Assembly (NCBI GenBank): GCA_002415855.1
Contig: DIAS01000040.1
Span: 32,114 to 96,113 of the forward strand
DNA: 64,000 bases
Direction: 5' to 3'
Origin: Bacteroidales bacterium UBA5072
GTDB taxonomy: Bacteria; Bacteroidota; Bacteroidia; Bacteroidales; UBA10428
The translations under genes were made by a program, and so were the position numbers. The notes below the pieces were generated by a model, which made no database searches, was not told the origin of the DNA, and saw only the letters and a list, made by a program, of their open reading frames with translations. This document shows, one piece after another, positions 40,341 to 49,652 of this stretch (within the stretch, counting starts at the first letter, position 1; each line of letters opens with the position of its first letter).

Positions 40341-40941
40341 AGGGGATCCTGTTCAGGATTGACCTGCCCAGGGTAATTTCATCGGTATATTCCAATTCAT
40401 CACCGATTGATACTCCTCTTGCCAGCGTTGAGAACACAGGATTATACTGGCTCAGCCTGCGGAAGAGGTAAAAATTGGTAGTATCCCCTTCCATCGTTGC
40501 GCTTAAAGCAAGGATGATCTCTTTGATCCCGCCCTGCTTCAGGCGGTCCTCAAGACTGCCGATATTGAGGTCGGAGGGCCCCAGTCCGTCCATGGGAGAA
40601 ATTATGCCACCCAGTACATGGTAAACGCCCCTGTACTGTTGTGTATTCTCAATGATCATGACATCCTTGATGTTTTCCACAACGCAGATGGTGGTGTGAT
40701 CACGCCGGTTATCGGCGCATACCGGACAGATATCCTCATCACAAATATTCCTGCATATCTTACAGAATCTTAACTCAGTACCCAGCTTAATAATGGTGGT
40801 CCCGAAAGCCTCCAGGGAAGCGCTGTCCTGCCTGAGCATGTGCAATACCAGGCGGAGTGCTGTTTTCTGCCCAATCCCGGGCAATGTGGCAAATTCATTG
40901 ACTGCTGTTTCAAGCAGCTTCGAAGGAAAGTTTAAATTCAT
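40327..40941 (-). CDS. recR: recombination protein RecR
   Basis: HhH motif [12 protein letters not shown], the C4 zinc finger [16 protein letters not shown], and Toprim domain blocks. 204 aa. Confidence 0.93.
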   Translation of the reverse strand: MNLNFPSKLLETAVNEFATLPGIGQKTALRLVLHMLRQDSASLEAFGTTIIKLGTELRFCKICRNICDEDICPVCADNRRDHTTICVVENIKDVMIIENTQQYRGVYHVLGGIISPMDGLGPSDLNIGSLEDRLKQGGIKEIILALSATMEGDTTNFYLFRRLSQYNPVFSTLARGVSIGDELEYTDEITLGRSILNRIPFNVS

Positions 40942-41086
40942 GACATGAATAATAATCTGTTAATCCGCTTTGACAGGACTTAATTACCCGATAAAACTTG
41001 CCAAAATTAATCTTTTATTCCTGCCTCTGTTTTTCACATGGTTTGTTTTTAGTATTCTTGCAATTAAAAGTACCAAATATTATAAA

Positions 41087-42616
41087 ATGAATCCCTGGAT
41101 CTTATTGCTCATCGTTGTTGTATACTTCAGCCTGTTGATTCTTATCTCCATTATTACCAGCCGGGGCGCCGATAATGCTTCCTTTTTCATTGGTAACCGA
41201 AAATCCCCCTGGTTTCTTGTGGCGTTTGGCATGATCGGGGCATCTATTTCAGGTGTTACTTTTATTTCGGTTCCCGGAGAGGTCGGGGCAAGCGCTTTTT
41301 CATACCTGCAGCTTGTTTTCGGCTATTTTGCAGGTTATATGATTATTGCCAATGTATTGCTGCCGTTGTATTACAGGATGAAGCTTTCTTCCATTTATGT
41401 GTATCTCAACCATCGGCTGGGATTGCACAGTTATAAAACCGGGGCTTTCTATTTTCTGCTCTCCAGGGTTATCGGCTCTTCCTTCAGGTTGTACCTTGTT
41501 GCACTGGTCATCGACAGTTTTATCCTGTCGAAGATGGGCATTCCCTTCTGGCTTACGGTGCTTATCACCATCGGGCTTATTTATGTGTACTCATTCAAAG
41601 GAGGTATCCGGACAATCGTTTACACCGACACCTTCCAGACTTTTTTTCTCATCCTCGGTGTTATTCTGTCGATTGTGCTGATCACCAAAGAGCTTCACCT
41701 TAACCTGGCCGGTTTAATCAACAGCATCGGCTCCAGCCGCTATTCCGAGATCTTTGTCTGGGATTGGAGACCGGGTAATAACTTCTTCAAGCATTTTCTA
41801 AGTGGCATGTTTATTTGCATCGTCATGACCGGGCTCGATCAGGATATGATGCAAAAGAACCTGAGCTGCAGGAACATCCATGATGCAAAGAAGAATATGT
41901 ACTGGATGAGTTCTTTGCTGGTTCTTGTCAATGTCCTGTTTCTGTCACTGGGTGCTTTGCTTTACCTTTATGCCAACTCAAAAGGAGTCATTGTGGAGAA
42001 TTTCCACAACCCGGGTATTGTGCAGGACTGCCCGATCGGGCTTAAATATCCCGGTGTGGAGGGCATGCAGTGCAGTGGCACCGATCAGCTCTTCCCCTTC
42101 CTGGTTTTCAATTACCTGCCTCCTGTAGTGGGTTTCGTTTTTATCATGGGACTTCTGGCAGCAGCATATGCAAGCGCGGATTCTGCACTTACCGCGCTCA
42201 CAACTTCGTTCTGCATTGACTTCCTGGGTTTTAAAGAGGACAATCAGCGGATGCGTACACGGAATATGGTGCATGTCGGTTTTGCACTTCTTTTCTTCAT
42301 TGCCATCATCTTATTCAAGGTACTGAATAATGAAAGCGTCATCAACGCCCTGTTCAAAATAGCCGGGTATACTTACGGACCTTTGCTGGGGATGTTTTCA
42401 TTCGGTATACTTACCCGTTACCAGATCAGGGATAGGATTGTACCGTATGTGTCGGTAATTGCACCGGTCCTCTGCTACTTTCTCGATAAGTACTCAGAAC
42501 AGTTGTTCTGGGGATATAAGTTTGGATTTGAATTGCTGATTATTAACGGATTGATCGTATTTGCGGGACTTTATCTAACCCGGAGGAAGAAGATACATGG
42601 AACAAACATCGATTGA
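41087..42616 (+). CDS. sodium:solute symporter family transporter
   Basis: Start moved to ATG 41087 (MNPWILLLIVVVYF). About 13 TM helices, with SSF-type blocks (FFIGNRKSPW, GGIRTIVYTDTFQ). Confidence 0.8.
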   Translation: MNPWILLLIVVVYFSLLILISIITSRGADNASFFIGNRKSPWFLVAFGMIGASISGVTFISVPGEVGASAFSYLQLVFGYFAGYMIIANVLLPLYYRMKLSSIYVYLNHRLGLHSYKTGAFYFLLSRVIGSSFRLYLVALVIDSFILSKMGIPFWLTVLITIGLIYVYSFKGGIRTIVYTDTFQTFFLILGVILSIVLITKELHLNLAGLINSIGSSRYSEIFVWDWRPGNNFFKHFLSGMFICIVMTGLDQDMMQKNLSCRNIHDAKKNMYWMSSLLVLVNVLFLSLGALLYLYANSKGVIVENFHNPGIVQDCPIGLKYPGVEGMQCSGTDQLFPFLVFNYLPPVVGFVFIMGLLAAAYASADSALTALTTSFCIDFLGFKEDNQRMRTRNMVHVGFALLFFIAIILFKVLNNESVINALFKIAGYTYGPLLGMFSFGILTRYQIRDRIVPYVSVIAPVLCYFLDKYSEQLFWGYKFGFELLIINGLIVFAGLYLTRRKKIHGTNID

Positions 42617-42627
42617 CAAGCCGGTTC

Positions 42628-44730
42628 TTATTTCAGCCCGCTGCGAACCAGCAAAGGTTCAATCGAGGCTTCCTGTCCCCTGAACCGTTTATAGAGTACC
42701 ATCGGATCTTCGGTACCTCCGCGCGACAGAATATTTTCGCGGAATGATCTGGCGGTAGTCCTATCATATATTCCGTTCGCCAGAAAAAGTGAAAATGCAT
42801 CGGCATCAAGCACTTCGGCCCATTTATAACCATAATAGCCGGCAGCATAGCCTCCGCTGAAAATGTGGGCAAAACCCGTACTGAAATTGCATCCATCCAC
42901 AGCCGGGAATATCTCAGTGGGGGCCATGGCTGCCTTTTCGATTTCAGCGACTGATGTATCCATTGAATCACGGAGCGTATGCCAGGCCATGTCGTCCAAA
43001 CCAAAGCTGATTTGCCGGATGAACGCGTAACCGCTGTTATAATTTCTGCTCTTCAGCATATTCCCGAGCAATTCATCGGGAATCCTTTCCCCGGTTTCAT
43101 AATGAACTGCCACCTGGTTGAGCCATTCCTTCTGCTCAGCCCAGTTTTCCATAATTTGCGACGGCAGTTCTACAAAATCGCGGTATACATTGGTACCGGC
43201 CAGGCTCTGGTAGGTACAATTGCTGAAAATGCTGTGCAATGCGTGACCAAATTCGTGCAGGAAGGTCCTGACCTCATCATAGGTCAGCAGGGATGGTTTC
43301 GATTCAGTGGGTTTGGTAAAATTGAGCACCAGTGAAACATGCGGCCGGGTATTCTGGTTCCCGAGTTTGTGCTGTTCCTGGTAGTTCGTCATCCAGGCTC
43401 CTCCCTGTTTGCTTTCGCGCGGGAAATAATCGATGTACAGCAAAGCCAGGAAAGAACCGTCTTCATCAAAAATCCTGTAGGTTTTTACCTCGGGGTTGTA
43501 AACCGGAATTGTGGTATCGGCCTGAAAAGTTATCCCGTAAAGTTTTCCGGCGAGGTTGAAAATACCTGCTTCCACATTTTCAAGCCGGAAATAAGGTTTT
43601 ATCATCTCATCCGTAAAGGAAAACTTTTCATTCTTCAGTTTCTCGGAAAAATAGGTCCAGTCCCACCGCTGAAGCGTAAAGTCAGCATCTGTTCTGCGGG
43701 CAAAAGCCTGGACTTCGGCATACTCCTTCAGAGCAGCAGGCTTTGATTCCCTGAGCAGATCAGCGAGAAACGAATTCACCCTGGCGGAGGATCCGGCCAT
43801 CCTTTCTTCAAGAACATAATCGGCATAGGTTTGGTAGCCCAGAAGACTGGCCAATCTTTGCCTGAGGTTGACAATCTTCCGGATTATTTCCTGGTTGTCC
43901 TTGTCATTCAATTTAAAACACCGCGAGTTGTATGCACGGTATAACTCTTCACGAAGTTTACGGTTATCGGAAAACTTCATAAAGGGCTGGTAACTTGGGG
44001 CTTTCAGTGTAAACAACCAGCCGGTAAGGTTCCGGTCTTTGGCCTCCAAAGCTGCAGCTTCTATTACATAGTCGGGTAATCCTGCCAGATCATGCTCATC
44101 GGAAATATTCAGCTGGTAGGCGTTGGTTTCATCGAGAAGGTTCTCCTCAAATTTCAAGGTGAGCGTGGAAAGCTCGGCGGTTACCTTCCTGAACTCACCC
44201 TTGGCTTCAGGGCTCAGGTTGGCTCCGTTCCTGACAAACCCCTTGTAGGTATCCTCGAGGAGCTTTGTCTGCTCCTGATCGAGCCCCAGTTTCTCACGTG
44301 CATCATAAACAATCCTTACCCTTGCAAAAAGCCGTTCATCCAGGGTAATGTCATTATAATAGTCTGTAAGCATGGGTGAAACCTCCTGTGCTGTCTTCTG
44401 GATTGCTTTGTTTGTTTCTGCCGAATTGATATTGAAAAAGATCAGTTCGAGGCGTTTTAACTTATAATTCAGGAGCTCAAGTGCTTCAATTGTATTTTGA
44501 AAAGTGGCGGTCTCCAGTGCTTTGGATATCTTCTTAAGTCCTGCCCTGGCTTCCTCGATAGCAGCTTCAAAAGCAGGCTTATAATCTCCGGTGTCAATCC
44601 GGTCAAAAGGAACGGATTGCAGGGGTGTATTAAAGTCGATCATTAGCGGATTATCTGTTTTAACATTTTTTGATGAACACGAAATTAAGAATAACACTGA
44701 AATAGCCAGTGGTACAATTGCTCCTTTCAT
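42628..44730 (-). CDS. dcp: M3 family metallopeptidase (peptidyl-dipeptidase Dcp-like), lipoprotein
   Basis: Lipobox FLISC and the zinc motif HEFGHALH with a downstream Glu (VELPSQIMEN). 700 aa. Confidence 0.85.
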   Translation of the reverse strand: MKGAIVPLAISVLFLISCSSKNVKTDNPLMIDFNTPLQSVPFDRIDTGDYKPAFEAAIEEARAGLKKISKALETATFQNTIEALELLNYKLKRLELIFFNINSAETNKAIQKTAQEVSPMLTDYYNDITLDERLFARVRIVYDAREKLGLDQEQTKLLEDTYKGFVRNGANLSPEAKGEFRKVTAELSTLTLKFEENLLDETNAYQLNISDEHDLAGLPDYVIEAAALEAKDRNLTGWLFTLKAPSYQPFMKFSDNRKLREELYRAYNSRCFKLNDKDNQEIIRKIVNLRQRLASLLGYQTYADYVLEERMAGSSARVNSFLADLLRESKPAALKEYAEVQAFARRTDADFTLQRWDWTYFSEKLKNEKFSFTDEMIKPYFRLENVEAGIFNLAGKLYGITFQADTTIPVYNPEVKTYRIFDEDGSFLALLYIDYFPRESKQGGAWMTNYQEQHKLGNQNTRPHVSLVLNFTKPTESKPSLLTYDEVRTFLHEFGHALHSIFSNCTYQSLAGTNVYRDFVELPSQIMENWAEQKEWLNQVAVHYETGERIPDELLGNMLKSRNYNSGYAFIRQISFGLDDMAWHTLRDSMDTSVAEIEKAAMAPTEIFPAVDGCNFSTGFAHIFSGGYAAGYYGYKWAEVLDADAFSLFLANGIYDRTTARSFRENILSRGGTEDPMVLYKRFRGQEASIEPLLVRSGLK

Positions 44731-44912
44731 GATTCCGGGTATTAAAGAGCATGCAAGATAACAGTTTGTCCCTTAGAAAAACAAATACAATGCAATTATG
44801 TTGACATGATTTTCGTCAGCCTTTCCGTTATTGCATGCGGGTTTAAGGGCTGATGGCAAATGTCATCCTCATTCGTTTCCTTTTTATCTATATTTACCAA
44901 AACAAATTGATC

Positions 44913-45926
44913 ATGAACAAGACCATTCTTCTCGGGCATGGCAGCGGAGGATTGATGACCAGCGATCTGATCAGGGATAACTTTGTTAAGCACTTCAACA
45001 ACCCTCTTCTCAACGTACTGACCGATTCCGCAGTGACACAGATAGGCGAAACGACCGTGGCCTTTACCACCGACTCCTTTGTAGTGGATCCGGTCTTTTT
45101 TCCGGGTGGTGACATTGGTAAGCTGGCCGTTTGTGGTACCGTAAATGACCTGTCTGTTTCGGGTGCAAAACCTCTTTTTCTGAGCGCCGGATTCATACTG
45201 GAAGAAGGATTTCCACTGGATGATCTGGAAAGGATCGTCCACTCCATGGGGCAGGAAGCCCTGAAGGCCGGGGTTCAGATCATTACCGGCGACACCAAGG
45301 TGGTTAAAAAAGGTCAGTGCGACAAGATTTTCATCAATACAGCCGGGATAGGATTAATTGAAAAGCGATATGCGAGCATTTCCAGGGGTAAGCTCATCAG
45401 ACCGGGAGACAAGATCATCGTTAACGGATACCTGGGTGATCATGAAATTGCCATCCTGTCGGCACGCGAAAACCTGATGTTTGAGGAACCCGTAATTTCC
45501 GATGTCACCTCGCTGAACGGACTGATTTCCTCCCTGCTGGAAACCGGGCTTGAAATCCGGTTTATGCGCGACATTACACGCGGCGGGCTTGCCACGATCC
45601 TGGCGGAGGTTGCCTCATCACTGAAACATGGTGTACTGATTGATGAGCAGTTGATCCCTGTCCGGGAACAGGTCAACGGTCTTTGCGAAATATATGGATT
45701 TAATCCTTTGTACCTGGCCAATGAAGGGAAGGTTCTGATGATCGTTGCCCCTGAATCAGCCGAGCTTGCCATAAAAATGATGCAACGGTATGATACAGGT
45801 AAAGAAGCCCGGATGATCGGGACGATTACTTCGGATAATCCCGGCAAAGTATTGATGAAATCCGTGATCGGAGGTACAAGGATCATCGACAGGCTGGCAG
45901 GGGAACAGCTTCCCAGAATTTGCTGA
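44913..45926 (+). CDS. hypE: hydrogenase expression/formation protein HypE
   Basis: Start moved to ATG 44913. It has a PurM-like fold, the N-terminal GHGSGG block and the diagnostic C-terminal PRIC motif. Confidence 0.9.
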   Translation: MNKTILLGHGSGGLMTSDLIRDNFVKHFNNPLLNVLTDSAVTQIGETTVAFTTDSFVVDPVFFPGGDIGKLAVCGTVNDLSVSGAKPLFLSAGFILEEGFPLDDLERIVHSMGQEALKAGVQIITGDTKVVKKGQCDKIFINTAGIGLIEKRYASISRGKLIRPGDKIIVNGYLGDHEIAILSARENLMFEEPVISDVTSLNGLISSLLETGLEIRFMRDITRGGLATILAEVASSLKHGVLIDEQLIPVREQVNGLCEIYGFNPLYLANEGKVLMIVAPESAELAIKMMQRYDTGKEARMIGTITSDNPGKVLMKSVIGGTRIIDRLAGEQLPRIC

Positions 45927-45946
45927 ACATTCTCAAGGTTTTACAC

Positions 45947-46285
45947 ATGCATGAATTTTCAATAGTGCAAGGTATTGTCGGGATAGCCCTCGAATCGGCA
46001 CGCAAACATAATGCCGGACACATTTTTGCAGTAGAGGTAGAAGTCGGGCAAGCCTCCGGGGTCGAAAAAGAGGCCATGGAATTTGCCTGGGAGGCGGCCG
46101 GAAAGGGGACCATACTTGAAGGGGCCAGGCTTGTCCTTAAGGTGATACCGCTGCAGGTTGCCTGCCGTAATTGCCTAACGCCCTATCAGCCCGCTGAGCT
46201 TTTTGATCCCTGTCCGGTTTGCGGCGAGGTGAATCCGGAGGTTGTTGCAGGTAAGGAATTGCGGGTTGTTGCCATTGAGGTTTAA
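45947..46285 (+). CDS. hypA: hydrogenase nickel incorporation protein HypA
   Basis: Start moved to ATG 45947, giving the conserved MHE N-terminus (MHEFSI). Zinc site CRNC...CPVCG. Confidence 0.9.
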   Translation: MHEFSIVQGIVGIALESARKHNAGHIFAVEVEVGQASGVEKEAMEFAWEAAGKGTILEGARLVLKVIPLQVACRNCLTPYQPAELFDPCPVCGEVNPEVVAGKELRVVAIEV

Positions 46286-46356
46286 CAATTGACTGAACTG
46301 ATTATAGCTGTTTTATATTACCTTTATCGTCAATTTGTTTTCAATACAGACTCACC

Positions 46357-47151
46357 ATGTGCGAGAATTGCGGATGCGGCGAAGGGGGACCAGGTTATAC
46401 CCTGATCAATCCGGCAGGAGAACCCCACCATGATCATGATCATGATCACCCTCACAGTCATGATCATGATCATACACACGGACACCTGCATACACATGAA
46501 CATCAGCGAATCAGGATCGAAGCCGACGTGCTTCAGCAGAACAACCTGTTGGCACAGCGCAACCGGGGTTATTTTGAAGCCAGGAATATTCTGGCGCTAA
46601 ACCTGGTCAGCTCTCCAGGTTCGGGAAAGACAACAATCCTGGAGCGCACCATTACCTTACTCCACGGGCTGCAGGTGTATGTAGTCGAAGGCGATCAGCA
46701 GACCTCCCTCGATGCTGACCGGATCCACGCGACCGGTGCACCCGTGATACAGGTGAATACCGGGAACGGATGTCACCTCGATGCAGAAATGGTGCATGCT
46801 GCCTTGAAGTCATTGCAGCCAAAAGATAAGGCCCTGCTGATCATCGAGAATGTGGGCAACCTGGTCTGCCCTGCACTGTTCGATCTGGGGGAGCAATACC
46901 GGATCGTTATCATCAGCGTCACCGAAGGTGAGGACAAGCCGCTTAAATATCCAAACATGTTCCAGGGTTCGCAGCTTTGCCTGATCAACAAAACCGACCT
47001 GTTGCCCCATGTTGATTTTAGCGTGGAGAAACTAAAGACATATGCCCGCAGGGTAAATCCCGACCTGTTATTTTTTGAATTGTCAGCGAAAACCGGGGAA
47101 GGATTTGGTGAGTGGGTAGCATGGATAAAGGAAGCACGGAGCTGGGAGTAG
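46357..47151 (+). CDS. hypB: hydrogenase nickel incorporation GTPase HypB (with His-rich tract)
   Basis: N-terminal MCENCGCG (CxxCGC Ni site) and a 26-residue tract with 14 His. It has the P-loop GSPGSGKTT, ENVGNLVCP and the NKTD guanine motif. Confidence 0.92.
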   Translation: MCENCGCGEGGPGYTLINPAGEPHHDHDHDHPHSHDHDHTHGHLHTHEHQRIRIEADVLQQNNLLAQRNRGYFEARNILALNLVSSPGSGKTTILERTITLLHGLQVYVVEGDQQTSLDADRIHATGAPVIQVNTGNGCHLDAEMVHAALKSLQPKDKALLIIENVGNLVCPALFDLGEQYRIVIISVTEGEDKPLKYPNMFQGSQLCLINKTDLLPHVDFSVEKLKTYARRVNPDLLFFELSAKTGEGFGEWVAWIKEARSWE

Positions 47152-47256
47152 CAGCGACAGCATGAGCCTGCAACCCGCAACCCACAACATGTTCAACCCA
47201 ATTTCCCCTCGTCCCTAATTTAGAATCAATATATATTACCACAACGTAACATTTAC

Positions 47257-47296
47257 TGTTATTCAAATAACAATAAAACTGTTATTTTTGTAACAG
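47257..47296 (+). promoter_or_regulatory. candidate promoter/operator of the hydrogenase-associated regulatory genes
   Basis: Palindrome TGTTATT-CA-AATAACA (47257-47272). A second inverted repeat CTGTTA-N6-TAACAG (47279-47296) encloses TATTTTTG (47283-47290, TAnnTTTG -7 box). CTGTTAT recurs 23 bp apart. Confidence 0.4.
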
Positions 47297-47354
47297 AATT
47301 TTTAGGATTTACGTATGATTGCGTTTACCGGATGGGTTTTAATCGGGGCATAGA

Positions 47355-47699
47355 ATGAAGATAGCTGAAATTGCCGGCATTACAAATGGCAGGGTGATAT
47401 GTGGGGACGAATTGTTGGATCATGAAATTACCCATGCATTTTCATCCGACTTGTTAAGCGATGTATTAACCGTAAACAGGGTGGGTATACTGCTGATCAC
47501 CGGGGTAGCCAATCTTCAGACCATCCGGACCGCAGAAATGGCAGAGGTAATGTGTATTCTGCTGGTACGTAACAAAAGAGCCAGCCAGGAAATGATTGGC
47601 CTGGCAAAAAATCTCGGGTTGGTGATCCTCGAGAGTCCGGGATCGATGTTTGCTGCAAGCGGCAAACTTTATCAGGGCGGGATCAGGCCGCTTTATTAA
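47355..47699 (+). CDS. DRTGG-domain protein (copy 1)
   Basis: 114-aa small protein with DRTGG-type blocks (SSDLLSDVL, ILLITG, GLVILESP). Paralogous to 49653-50003. Confidence 0.7.
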   Translation: MKIAEIAGITNGRVICGDELLDHEITHAFSSDLLSDVLTVNRVGILLITGVANLQTIRTAEMAEVMCILLVRNKRASQEMIGLAKNLGLVILESPGSMFAASGKLYQGGIRPLY

Positions 47700-47740
47700 A
47701 ATATCCTGGTTTATGACACAACCACAACTGCCGGAGCAGG

Positions 47741-48175
47741 ATGAAAGAAATGAAATTTGAATATCTGATTGAAGGGGGTGATTTTATCAGGGCCGGTCAT
47801 GCATCAAGCGATATCAAAAAGATTCTCAACCAGCTGAACCTTGACCCGGCTATTGTCAGACGCATAGCCGTTTCCATGTATGAAGCCGAGGTAAATGTTG
47901 TGGCACATGCATTCCGGGGAGTGATGAAAGTTAACATCAATCCGGAAAGAATTTTGGTGCTTGTGGAGGATGAAGGACCCGGAATACCAGATATTGCCCA
48001 GGCCATGCAGGAAGGATATTCTACGGCTTCGGACAAAGTGCGTGAAATGGGATTTGGTGCAGGCATGGGATTATCCAACATGAAAAAAAATACGGACATT
48101 CTTGATATCCATAGTGCTATAAACAGGGGTACTGTAGTGAAAATGACCACCTTCACGAAATCCGGAGCGTCATGA
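47741..48175 (+). CDS. GHKL ATPase, RsbW/SpoIIAB-like anti-sigma regulatory factor-type Ser/Thr kinase domain
   Basis: N-box EAEVNVVAHA, G1 DEGPGIPD and G2 GFGAGMGLSNM. At 144 aa it is a single domain. Confidence 0.75.
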   Translation: MKEMKFEYLIEGGDFIRAGHASSDIKKILNQLNLDPAIVRRIAVSMYEAEVNVVAHAFRGVMKVNINPERILVLVEDEGPGIPDIAQAMQEGYSTASDKVREMGFGAGMGLSNMKKNTDILDIHSAINRGTVVKMTTFTKSGAS

Positions 48176-49530
48176 GCAGTGCCTTTCATCATGCATTAAA
48201 GATCGAGGAAGAGGTGTGCACAGGCTGCACACATTGCATTCAGGCTTGCCCTACTGAGGCCCTCAGGGTCAAAGGCGGTAAGGCACGGCTGATTGCGGAA
48301 AGATGTGTCGATTGCGGGGAATGTATGCGGGTTTGTCCGGTCAATGCCATTAAGGTAGAGGAGGACGATTTTACCAAGATTCTTGATTTTGAACACAGGG
48401 TTGCAATTGTGCCATCGGTCTTCATTGGCCAATTCGCGCGTAACATCGCCACCCGTAAGATATACAGCGGCATGCTCGAGGAAGGGTTTACCCATGTTTA
48501 CGAAGCTGAGCATGGTTCCGGTATCCTAATTGATTTGATTAACAAATATCTGGCTGATCATCCCGGAACCCGTCCCGTGATCTCTTCTTTTTGCCCGGCT
48601 ATCGTGCGCTTGATTCAGGTCAGGTTTCCCTCCCTTGTGGGTAATTTGATGCCCTTTAAAGCGCCGCTCGATCTGGCCGCCATTTCATTCCGGAAGAAGC
48701 TGACTGAACAGGAAATACCGGAAAAAAATGTCGGGGTATTTTACATCACACCATGTGCAGCTAAAATTGCTGCTGTAAAAAGTCCCGTTGGTGAGGAAAC
48801 CTCCCCCTTCAACGGGGTCATCAACATGAACACCTTATACAGTAAAGTATTTTCGGTAATCAAACGGGAAGAAAAAAGCTTCTGCATTGTTCCCGAAAAA
48901 GAACAGTTATTGCCTGAGGAAATGGAATGGACACTCACAGGTGGTGAAGCCAGGCATATCCATGGCAGGTGTCTTTCAATTGACGGGATCAGCAATGCCA
49001 TCGAATTCCTGGAAAGATTGGAGAACGGTACACTCGGCAACTTCGACTTCCTGGAAATGCGTGCATGCGATAAAAGCTGCGCCGGGGGCATACTCTCGTC
49101 CACAAACCGGTTTCTGGTATCGGAACGCTTACACAAACGTGCCGAACAATATTACATCGACAAAGGCAACGGGAAGATCTTTAACAACAAGACCATTACC
49201 CTTTACAAGGATTATGTGATCGCCAATGCTTCGCTCCATGACATTGAACCCAGGTCGATCATGAAGCTGGATGAGGACATGGTGCTGGCCATGAAGAAAA
49301 TGCAGAAGATCCAGAAGATAAAAGGCTATCTGCCGGGAATCGATTGTGCAGCCTGCGGTGCTCCTGGCTGTCGGGCCCTTGCTGAAGATGTTGTTCAGGG
49401 ACGTGCCCGTACCAGTGACTGCGTCTTTGTGGCCATTAAGGTCAAGGGCGGTGAAACCATGAGTCAGGTGGCTGAGTATACCGAGGAGATCTGGGGCAGG
49501 AACAGGTTTAAAAATATGCTGCCGGAATGA
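48172..49530 (+). CDS. HydA-like Fe-S protein (putative sensory [FeFe]-hydrogenase homologue)
   Basis: Two ferredoxin motifs (CTGCTHCIQACP, CVDCGECMRVCP). The shortened H-cluster-type domain has the variants SSFCPAIV / TPCAAKIAA / MRACDKSCAGG. C-terminal C-x2-C-x4-C-x16-C motif. The ATGA start overlaps the upstream stop. Confidence 0.75.
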   Translation: MSSAFHHALKIEEEVCTGCTHCIQACPTEALRVKGGKARLIAERCVDCGECMRVCPVNAIKVEEDDFTKILDFEHRVAIVPSVFIGQFARNIATRKIYSGMLEEGFTHVYEAEHGSGILIDLINKYLADHPGTRPVISSFCPAIVRLIQVRFPSLVGNLMPFKAPLDLAAISFRKKLTEQEIPEKNVGVFYITPCAAKIAAVKSPVGEETSPFNGVINMNTLYSKVFSVIKREEKSFCIVPEKEQLLPEEMEWTLTGGEARHIHGRCLSIDGISNAIEFLERLENGTLGNFDFLEMRACDKSCAGGILSSTNRFLVSERLHKRAEQYYIDKGNGKIFNNKTITLYKDYVIANASLHDIEPRSIMKLDEDMVLAMKKMQKIQKIKGYLPGIDCAACGAPGCRALAEDVVQGRARTSDCVFVAIKVKGGETMSQVAEYTEEIWGRNRFKNMLPE

Positions 49531-49652
49531 AAAATGGACAGGGAAACAAAGAGCTGAGTAGATCGGTTGACCAAGTGATTGGTTGATGAAGAGGTGATTA
49601 AAAAATGAATGATGCAAGGCCGGCCCTTGTGACTGGCCGAAAATAAAAAAAT

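Noticed and set aside
44796-45247. Minus-strand ORFs of 148 and 117 aa overlapping the start of hypE.
   Set aside because: They are antisense to a confidently identified gene and have no recognisable motifs. This pattern is typical of frame shadows.
49531-49652. 122-nt gap inside the regulatory module containing a small CGGCC-N9-GGCCG hairpin.
   Set aside because: The stem is only 5 bp and is followed by an A-rich rather than U-rich tract on the coding strand. It is not a convincing terminator or attenuator.
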